In this document: positions 54,216-64,000 of the stretch, piece after piece
Layout of the letters: the number at the start of each line of letters is the position of its first letter
Position numbering within the stretch: position 1 is the first letter of the stretch
Assembly: GCA_951406725.2 (NCBI GenBank)
Contig: OX597825.1
Location: forward strand, 58,590,001 to 58,654,000
DNA: 64,000 nt
Direction of reading: 5' to 3'
From: Octopus vulgaris
Taxonomy: Eukaryota
Position numbers and translations under genes: made by a program
The notes under the pieces: model-generated
Databases searched by the model: none
The model's input: the letters and a program-made list of their open reading frames with translations, nothing else
Told to the model about the DNA's origin: nothing

Positions 54216-54876
54216 CTACATACATACATACGCATGTATGTATGTATATATACATACATAAACAAATCACAAAATCGTAGTTTTGATTCTTGAGCAAAAT
54301 GCTTAATCTCACATTGCTCTGTAATCACTTCAATGTTTGACATGTGGCACTTGTGCACCTGTACAGGCAATGTCAATTTGATGGAGAGAATGAGCTTATG
54401 TGAACACAAACATTTGATCACCATAACAAAGCATCAGTGTGGTTGTCCAGCAAGAAATTGTGAAACCCTCTTCCATCATCTAACAATGGGGCAATAAGCC
54501 TGCACCTTTCTTTAATAGTGTGACATATTAGGAGAACACTTGATTCCTTAGATTCCCTTTTCTTTTTATATGAAGCTGTTTCCAATTACCATTTAGTGAT
54601 TGAGACAATCCTACAGCAGTGAAGATAATTTAAATAAACCAAGAATTTATGTTGTATGGTGTTTGATATACCTGCATTTGTCTTTGTTTTACATGATGTG
54701 TATATGTGCCTCTGTGTGTTTGTATGTTTGTGTGTGCTTGTGTGTGTGTGAATTAAATCAATGTCTGAAACAGTACAAAATAAGTCTTGCTTATGACTTT
54801 GTAATATTTATAATATTGCAATGTATATTTTCAAATGCTTATAGTACCACCGTATTATTCCATTTGTGTTTTGCAG

Positions 54877-55424
54877 GGCGTCAGAAAACAATGCTGGTTA
54901 TGTGAATGTGACTGGAAGTAAGATTATGATCAAGCCGTCAGGAAGAGTACGTTGGATGGTGCCACTAATGATAAAATCTTCATGCTCTGTAGATGTTACC
55001 TATTTTCCGTACGATAGTCAACAATGTACAGTGCGCTTCGGGTCATGGGTTTATGATGGAGAGCAACTAAACCTCTTCAATGAACCCAGTAAGCCGGATC
55101 TATCAAAATACGTTGAGAACAGTGAATTTGTACTGCTGAACGTCAGTCTTTCTCGCGTTGCAGCCGACAGTGATTGTTGTCCTGGAGACGGATGGCACCC
55201 CATGATTCATTTCACAATTGAGATCGACCGGAAGTCTTTGTACTATGATTATATTGTAATCGCACCAACTCTGATGTTGTGTGTGATGACTTTAGCTTCA
55301 TTCCTGCTTCCCTGTCATTGTGGAGAAAAAATTGCCATAGGACTTACTGTTTTTCTTACGCTTTATGTACTCGAATTACTTGTCGCTGAGAACACACCTG
55401 ATTCTAATGCTACACCTATCCTAG
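54877..55424 (+). CDS. nAChR alpha-like subunit, 548-nt exon: loop E, Cys-loop, loop B, loop C (CC), M1, M2, M2-M3 linker
   Basis: ttttgcAG acceptor (phase 2, completes the ACG Thr codon from the previous exon) and GTAAGT donor (phase 1). Motifs CSVDVTYFPYDSQQC, FGSWVY, CC and GEKIAIGLTVFLTL...VAENTP...PILG. Confidence 0.97.
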
Positions 55425-55605
55425 GTAAGTGAAATCATTTAAAAAAAAAATTTTTTTTTTCAAAAAAAAAATTTTTTAATTTAAAAAATTTTAAAAACTT
55501 TATATAAAAATTTTTTAAAAATAAAAAAAAATTTTTTTAAATTAAAAAAAAATTTTTTAATTGAAAAAAAATTTTTTTTTTAATTTAAAAAAATTTAAAC
55601 AAAAA

Positions 55606-55710
55606 TTCTTACGATTTATGTACTCGAATTACTTGTCGCTGAGAACACACCTGATTCTAATGCAACACCTATCCTAGGTAAGAGAAATCATTAAAAAAAA
55701 ATTTTTTTTC
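55606..55710 (+). repeat. Duplicate of the exon 3' end and splice donor (copy of 55353-55461)
   Basis: Near-identical sequence ttcttacg...cctatcctaggtaag, separated from the original by A/T runs. Confidence 0.9.
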
Positions 55711-56689
55711 CTTATAAATCTTGACTCTGTCTTTGAAATGTCAGAAAGCATTCTTATTGAAATGGTTTCATTTCACTGCAGTATTTGATGTAAAATTAAA
55801 CAGGTTTTTTTTTTTAATTACTCTTAAACTCATGGTTTTGACCAGTACAACTAACCAAGCAAGCAACCAACCAACCAACAAACTAACTAGTTTGTCACTC
55901 AACATGTTTCAACATCATCATCATTTAGCATCTGCCTTCCATGCTGCCATGGGTTAGACATTTTGAAACTGGTAAACTGGTGAGATGCACCCTAATTTGG
56001 TATGGTTTCTACGGCTGGATGCCCTTTTTAATTTCAACCACTCCAAGAATGTAATGGGTGCTTTTTACGTGCCACCAGCATGGGTGTGTGTATATATACA
56101 TACACACACACACACATATATATATCATTATCATCATCATCATCATTGTTTAACGTCCGTTTTCCATGCTAGCATGGGTTGGATGGTTCGACCGGAGTCT
56201 GGTAAGCCATGGAGGCTGCACCAGGCACCAGTCTGATCTAGCAGTGTTTCTACAGCTAGATGCCTTTCATAACATCAACCACTCTGTGAGTGTAGTGGAT
56301 GCTTTTTACGTGCCACCGGCACAGGGGCCAGAGGAGGTTGGCAAATGGCCACGATCGGTTGGTGCTTTTATGTGTTACCAACATGGATGCCAGTCAGGCG
56401 GCGCTGGCATCTGCCACGTTATATATATATATGTATGTATAGTGGCCACTATTGCAGTTATAACTTAAAATATTCCCATTGGACATCTGTGATTGCTGAA
56501 TGTGGCTAGCTTCTGTTGGTGATAAAGTGAATTCACTAGGCTGAGCTTAGAATCGATACTGACACAAGCACAATTAAGTACTTGAAATAGTTGCCAAAAA
56601 GTAGACTTCAAAATCACGCCCTACTGTTGTTGTTTTTTATAGTGCTTTAAACTATTTTTATTAGTATACAATTAAAGATATGTTCTCTT

Positions 56690-57235
56690 CTATATCAAAT
56701 TATTTGAAGTCTTCCTGCAAGGAAGGAGTTGGTTTCTAACAAAGATTTGTATCTTCATCATTGGAATGTAGATAAACAAAACTAATTTCATATTTTGAAC
56801 TTGAGAAAAGTTTTACATACTTTTACTGTTCCATTTACTGATAATACTTGTAAAGTACATGTTAGCTGGTTGATTTCTTTTTCTGAAAGTTCCAGCTTTT
56901 CCAGATTGTCACTCAGGCATTTACTCACAAAGCGAAGTTCACCAATTATTATTAGTATAAATGTAAATTTGTAATCTGGATATAGAAGCAGGAAGTTTTG
57001 AAACCATTGTCCATAACTATCCTCTTCCTTTTTGATTTTCTAAGAGATATTCATATCAGCAAGAGGGCTGACCTATATGATAGCACATCCTTCTTCTTGT
57101 GAGTCCCAAACAATAACTTACAGCTTGTTATGTTTGCAGTTGATAGAAGTTTTGATGGGAATGTTCCACCGATATTCTTTGTGTTGATGTTTACGTATGT
57201 ATTTAATAATGAGAAAATTTTCTATTCCAGGATGG
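56690..57235 (-). mobile_element. Degraded R4/Dong-like RLE domain and 3' end
   Basis: Minus frames KEYRWNIPIKTSINCKHNKL and VSPLADMNI..K resemble RLE motifs; the distal part aligns with 25275-25532. Confidence 0.65.
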
Positions 57236-57717
57236 GGTTTTTTGTGTGTCTGTATGTATGTGATTATATATATATATGTATTTGTATATGTATTTGTATA
57301 TATATATTCACACATATAAAATGAACTCTCTTGTCGTTAGATGATATTTAAGGGTTCTGCAATTTCTTGCTGAACAACCACACACATGATGTGTTTATTG
57401 TGATCAAATGTTTGTGTTCACATAAGCCCACTCTCTTCCTCAAATTGAGAGGTGCATGACATGACACATGACAGATGATGAAATGATTGCAGAGCATCGT
57501 GAAATGTGGTGCTTTACTCAAGAACAACAAATACAATTCTTTGTCAGGGAATCAATACCATGATTTTGCAGTTGTGAGTGTATCATCCTGACCACTAAGT
57601 GATGCCCCTTCACATATGTGTGTGTGCATGCATGTATGTGTATGTATGTGTATATGTGTGTGTGTAGATATATGTATGTATGTATGAATGTATATATGTG
57701 TATGAATGTATGTTATA

Positions 57718-57763
<46 letters not shown>

Positions 57764-57812
57764 AACAAACTAGCATTTATGTTTTTGTAAGCATCAAAAT
57801 GTGTATAGTACA

Positions 57813-57986
57813 ATACAATTAGATGATGATTTTTTTTTCCAAATGCAGAAACGTCATTAGAAAAGCAGAAATATTTGGTAAACTACTTTTACAAAGAAGA
57901 AAAATTTGTAAAAGTAATTTACCCAATATTTCTGCTGTTCTAACGGTGTTTCTGCATTTGGAAAAAAAATTGTCATCTAATTGTAT
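57813..57986. repeat. Hairpin element (~80-bp arms, ~9-nt loop)
   Basis: atacaattagatga...ctacttttacaaa versus tttgtaaaagtaa...tcatctaattgtat. Confidence 0.85.
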
Positions 57987-58086
57987 CATGCAATATATAT
58001 ATATAAAGTAATCTTTATGTCCAACTTAATATGAATGTATTGTTAGAACACTGAATTCTTCATTATTAGCCTTGAGAGATTCTATC

Positions 58087-58508
58087 ATATAAGCACTAGG
58101 TGCATAAAAGCATCAACATAGATTGTAGCAGAAGCAACTTGTTTGTCAGGAGTGCCAGAATTCCCATATTACATGATTCCCTTTCACTGAAAATCCTCAG
58201 TGAGAGATTTCCAGTCACCACATGGTGGTGAGCTGGCAGAATCGTTAGCACACCGGGTGAAATGCTTAGCAATATTTCGTCTGTCTGGAATTTGAACTCA
58301 GAACATAAAGACAGACGAAATATTGCCAAGCATTTCACCCGGTGTGCTAACGATTCTGCCAGCTCACCACCATGTGGTGACTGGACATCTCTCACTGAGG
58401 ATTTTCAGTGAAAGGGAATCATGTAATGTGGGAATTCTGGCACTCCTGACAAACAAGTTGCTTCTGCTACAATCTATGTGGGTAGTTTTATGCACCTAGT
58501 GCTTATAT
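58087..58508. repeat. Fold-back inverted duplication, ~200-bp arms, 22-nt loop
   Basis: 58087-58286 is the near-perfect reverse complement of 58309-58508. Confidence 0.95.
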
Positions 58509-59039
58509 TAATCCATTTGTCTGTCCTCTCTGTGTTTATCCCCTTGTGGGTAGTAAAGAAATAGGTATTTCGTCTGTCTTTATGTTCTGAGTTCAAATTC
58601 TGCTGCGGTCGACTTTGCCTTTCATTCTTTCGGGGTCGATAAATTAAGTACCAGTTGCATACTGGAGTCGATCTAATTCACTGGCCCCCTCCCCAAAAAT
58701 TTCGGGCCTTGTATAGAAAAGAATATACAGAATAGCAGCATCTTTTCAGATGCTGATTTCACAAATAGCCAAGCAGACTTATTAAATATTAATTGTTATT
58801 GACAAAAGCGGTATACCAAAAGGTAATCTTTATATCTACCTTAACATGGATGTTTTGTTAGAATACTGAATACCACATTATTTGTCTTGAAGGATCCTTG
58901 AGAGGCACTTGGAGCATAAAAGCACTTATAGATCATAGCAGATGAGAATTGCCTGTCATAGATACTGGAACTCCCATTTATGAGATTTCCTTTTACTAGA
59001 AATAATCAGTAGACTGGAGGTGGAAATGTATCACCAGTA

Positions 59040-59990
59040 TCAAAGCATAAAAAGCATTCTAAATGCCCTCAAATCATCAGAACCCCTGAATTTATCCAGC
59101 AAGTTCAACAGACCATTGAATACAATCCCAGAAAATCTATGAGATCAATTGCAAAAGATCTCCATGTGTCAGAAGGAACAGTCAGAAATGTAATCCACAA
59201 AGACATCAGATATGTCTTATATGATGAGGAAAGGTCAGTTTGTCACAAAATGCAAAAGAAAATCACTACATCAGATCTAAAAGGCTCTTAAACAAACTGA
59301 AAAATCCAGCAGAGAAAGATTTGATTTGGTTTTTCTCAAACAAGAAAAACTTTGACCAAGATCAAAAGTTAACAGAAATGACAGGTGGTTATATGCAGAC
59401 CCTTCTGAAGTTCCAAGTGTTATGCATACAAAATTTCCTACAACTGTCATGGTTTTAGGGGTTGCCTCCTTACATCTTTCCACAAGGCCTTAGAGTTAAC
59501 TTTGCTGCCTACATTGAGGTCCTGGAAATAATTGTTACGCCCTGGGTAGACAGTGTATGCAATGGAATGTCATATATGTTTCAGTAAGATTCTGTACTAT
59601 TACACATGGCTCTAGTTACACAAGAATGGATGGCTGAAAATTTTCATGATCACATAACCCCTAACATTTGGCCTCCTAATTCCCCAGATCTCAATCCATT
59701 GGACTATTCCATGTGGTGTGTTGCTGAGAGAGAGATCGATGAACATGCCCATAACACCAAAGATTCCTTGAAAGCTGCCATAGTCAGAGTAATGTCCAAA
59801 ATGAACCAGGACCACTTGTAACATGTAGATCATTTAGATCTCATATAGAAGCAATTGTTGAGGCTGAAGGTGGTTTTATTGAATAACATTATCGAAAAGA
59901 AGGTTTATTTTTATCCTCATAGCATTTTATGATAAATAAAGTTATTATCTGTTATTATATATCTGTTTTTTATAAACATAAATGTGTCCT
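59040..59990 (+). mobile_element. Degenerate DD37D Tc1/mariner transposase
   Basis: PRKSMRSIAKDLHVSEGTVRNVI helix-turn-helix region, WFFSNKKNFDQD and WPPNSPDLNPLDYSMW motifs, with many frameshifts. Confidence 0.85.
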
Positions 59991-60007
59991 CAAATATCTT
60001 ATGCAAC

Positions 60008-60162
60008 CTGGAGTGGCTGTGTGATAAGTAGCTTGCTTATGAACCACATTGTTCCAGATTCAGTCCCACTGCGTGGCACCTTGGGCAAGTGTCTTCTACT
60101 AAAGCCTTGGGTCGACCAAAGCCTTGTGAGTGGATTTGGTAGATGGAAAACTGAAAGAAGCC

Positions 60163-60234
<72 letters not shown>

Positions 60235-60441
60235 ATATGTTTCTGTGTCTGTGTTTGTCCCCTCCAACATCGCTTGACAATTCATGCTGGTGTGTTTATG
60301 TCCCTGTAACTTATTGGTTTGGCAAAAGAGACCAATAGAATAAGTACTAGGCTTCCAAAGAATAAGTCCTGGGGTCGATTTTCTCAGCTAAAGGCGGTGC
60401 TCCAGCATGGCCAAAGTCAAATGACTGAAACAAGTAAAAGA
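60008..60441 (+). mobile_element. SINE family A, full length
   Basis: Matches the family consensus from head to tail. Confidence 0.88.
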
Positions 60442-62309
60442 CTATATATATATTTAGAATGCAAGAATTATACAAGCATATGCACAGATTTATATATATA
60501 TAATACATACATATGTATATATGATTGTCATCAACACTTCATCACTCAGTATCCATTCTCCATGCTGGCATGGAGAATATATGAAACATTTGTTTAGATA
60601 AAAAGACAAATAGATAGATAGGTGGATATACACACATCCTTACACATGCTCACTCACCCATGAACATGTACACATATATGTATAGTAATTAATTAATTTA
60701 TACTTATTACATTATATTCTTAATAAGCTTGTAACAAGAAATTATTACCTTAAAGACTTAATTAAATTAATCTTTATTTTTGTTTTTATCTATATAAATA
60801 CTTTTCCTCTCGGTATTTTAATATCATAATTTTAATATCTATCTCTTTGTATTTATATAGTAACCGATATCTGCAATAATATTTCCAATATGTACATGTT
60901 ATATATATATACGTACATGCAAACATAGATACATTGTATACATCATGAGAATTTAGAAACTTTAAGTGAAGTGTGCTCAAAATATATAAATCCACATGTG
61001 TAGGTTTGTAATATATCTGCTAATAAGCACACACACTCTCTCTCTCTCACACACACATACAAGCACACACATGTAGAATTAATGATGGAACTGCTGGCTT
61101 GTGTGACTGATTTCAATTACATGTTTTCTGCTGTAAGCAACTGGTGTACTACTGCAAGGTGAATATGTTTGTCTTATTCACTTGTGCTAGAGAAACCAAA
61201 ATTAGGTACTCTTCTTATGTTGACGTGAAGCTCTGTCAGACAAAACAACAAAACTGTAGCAACAACAACAGCAATGATAATAATGATGATGATGGTGAGG
61301 ATGATGATGATGATGGTTGTAGATTTTAATTCAAGCTTAGAGCCACATATTTGGGGAGAAAGATTAATAGATTAACCTGATTGGTTATATATTTTTATCC
61401 ACTCTATATGTATTCTTCAATAACATCCTATCATTTGCCTGCCTCTCTAAATCTGGCTCTAAAATCTCATCTTCCTTATCCATCATTACCATGTTTACAT
61501 TTCAGGATCCCCTCCATCTTCAATCTCGGGGCCACAATACTTAATCCTATGACTGTGGGCCTCATTGTCATCTCAATATTTTACCACTTTTTCATCACCA
61601 CAAGATGATGGGTTTGAACTGCGGCTCGAAGCCTCTGGCTACCCATGCTCTGGAAGGAATGAAGTCCTTGGGTTTCTCAGTTCTATTCCTCATCATCCTC
61701 TGGTGATGATGGTGCTGAGGCAACTGTGTTTGTAGTTCAGTTCAAACTATCCTCAAAACATCAAGTGGTGAGATGATTGTAGCAACAAATGGAACAGAAA
61801 CTGTGGTCTTCTTCCTTGGTTGCAGTTCTTGCTGCTGCCTGTTGCTATCCTCCTCTCTTTTCTTCACTTTTCATTTTCTAGGCAGGAAGATCTCAAGTGG
61901 ATTTTCACTCCTCGTACAACTGGGTTTTCTACTCTTTACCTTCAGCCTGATTATTCTCAATTTTGTTCTGTCCTCCTGCAATGGGACATATAAGTAGGAT
62001 GATGATTTCCAGGGGTTATTATTACATGGAGGTCTAAGGCAGTGAGCTAGCAGAATCGTTAGTGTGCCAGGCAAGATACTTAGCAGCATTTACTTTCCGA
62101 GTTCAAATTCCACCAAGATCGACTTTGCCTTTCATCCTTTTGTGGGGTCAATAAAATAAGTACCTGTTGAGTATTGGGGTCAATGTAATTAACTTAATCA
62201 CTTCCCCCAAATTCCTGGCCTTGTGCCAAAATTTGGAAGCATTACTACTTGAAGGTTCATGTAGACCCCCTTCTGACCATATTATGTTGCAGGGTCATTT
62301 CTACATTAA

Positions 62310-62529
62310 CCCTTTCGTTACCAACCCGGCTGAAGTCGGCTCTGGCTCTGAGTACAAATGTCTTGTTTTCATAAGTTTTGAATTAAAATCTTCCGCCAAA
62401 GCTTACTCACAATTAATGTTCCTAACACTAGCTGAATGATGACTAAGTTATTTTACTAAATTCTTTGTTATATTTAAAGTAATTGAAAGAAACACAGAGC
62501 ATCTCAAAATAAATACGGTAACGAAAGGG
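62310..62529. mobile_element. piggyBac-like MITE (220 bp)
   Basis: 13-bp perfect TIR CCCTTTCGTTACC / GGTAACGAAAGGG with TTAA on both sides. Confidence 0.9.
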
Positions 62530-62585
62530 TTAACCCCCTGCTTTTATTGGACTGCAAAGGTGACAATATGCCTGTTTACCTCAAA

Positions 62586-62626
<41 letters not shown>

Positions 62627-62636
62627 TAACAAACAC

Positions 62637-62705
<69 letters not shown>
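62586..62705. repeat. (AAT)n microsatellite
   Basis: Directly visible. Confidence 0.95.
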
Positions 62706-62706
<1 letters not shown>

Positions 62707-62997
62707 GTTTCAGAGTTTGGTACATGTTTGAATTCTAATTATCGAATGATGGAGATCTACCACCACCACCACCACCATTTCTGATTTGTCCATGGTATCA
62801 ATATCAGTGTAGTGGGTTTTGATTTCAATACCTTCAAAATGTATACACATTTCACCAGGCAGACACACATACATACCGCGCACACACGGTGAGTGCATCC
62901 ATGTCTGTCTTTGATTAGCCATTTTGTTTATCAATCTGCCTATCTAAGAGTTGATCATTCTATGTCTGTCTATTTTGTTAGCCTGCCTGTCAGTCTA

Positions 62998-63069
<72 letters not shown>

Positions 63070-63664
63070 CCTACTTCTCACTCTATCTTTTCGTCTGTCT
63101 GTCTTTTGGCCTACCTGCCTGCCCATCTATCTGTCTGCTTCCCTGTCTGTCCTTTCATCTTTCTACATGCATATCTCTCTGGCTGTCTGTCTGTTTGGTC
63201 CTGCCTGCTCTGCTGTTTAGTTTAAAACTGCATTATAATTCTTCAAGACATATGTCTGGAGAATTAATATCAAAACCCCGCTACCTTATCTCCAATCCCA
63301 ACTCCAACCCCAACCAAAACCCTCACCATATCACCACAACTACCACCAACACCATCACTATATCTCTCTTATCATTCATAACTGATCAATAATCTTTTCA
63401 ATCAATAATAACCTTTGGCTTCTCGATAATCACAGTCGATAGACAGTTCTGACTAATGGTAGACGGATTATGATAATGGTGTTTGTTTACCAAGTCAGTA
63501 GGTAGAGTGACCAACACAAATATGGGGCTGACTGTAAGGCTGTAAACATCATACCTATCATAACAGACAACTTCAATTATCCTCTAAATGTTTATTACTT
63601 AATATTACTTTATATCTATCTGTCTATAAGCATGCACACACGCACAAACATACACCTATATACA

Positions 63665-63703
<39 letters not shown>

Positions 63704-63745
63704 CTATATACACATAAATGTATATTATATGTATAATAAATACAT

Positions 63746-64000
63746 AGTGGCTGTGTAGTAAGTAGCTTGCTTACCAACTACATGGTCCTGGGTTCAGTCC
63801 CACTGCGTGGCACCTTGGGCTAGTGTTTTCTACTATAGCCTCAGGCCGACCAAAGCCTGGTGAGTGGATTTGGTAGACAGAAAGTGGAAGAAGCCCGTCG
63901 TATATATATGTGTGTGTGTGTGTGTGTATGCTTGTATGTCTGTGTTTGTCCCCCCTCCCCCCAACATTGCTTGAAAACCAATGCTGGTGTGTTTACGTAC
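63746..64000 (+). mobile_element. SINE family A, running off the window end
   Basis: agtggctgtgtagtaagtagcttgc head and body. Confidence 0.85.

Noticed and set aside
54866-55432. 188-aa ORF as a standalone single-exon gene
   Set aside because: Its start and stop lie in intron sequence; the real boundaries are the splice sites at 54877 and 55424.
55425-64000. M3/M4 exons of the receptor
   Set aside because: No phase-1 acceptor followed by an M3-like sequence found; the hydrophobic ORF at 57130 is the antisense of an RLE remnant.

Overview
AT-rich, microsatellite- and SINE-dense animal genomic DNA. The repeat families look like those of an octopus (coleoid cephalopod); this is an inference from repeat content. 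The only host gene I can support is on the + strand: three internal exons (14963-15007, 17750-17859, 54877-55424, with a ~37-kb intron) of a Cys-loop, nicotinic-acetylcholine-receptor alpha-like subunit. It keeps the Cys-loop, the vicinal CC and the cation-type GEK/M2 motif, but has lost three of the aromatic-box tyrosines, so it may be gated by a non-ACh ligand. I did not find its first or last exons in the window. The introns contain four SINE families, Tc1/mariner, Merlin, hAT, piggyBac-like, Helitron and R4-type remnants and a solo LTR. Unusual structures: a perfect 49-bp inverted pair bracketing the in-frame 45-nt exon; Penelope-type hammerhead ribozyme motifs whose complete copies are all antisense, one with an essentially intact core; a 200-bp fold-back hairpin; a duplicated exon 3' end with its donor; and an apparent CpG-retaining domain inside the long intron. 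Almost all listed ORFs are microsatellite artefacts.
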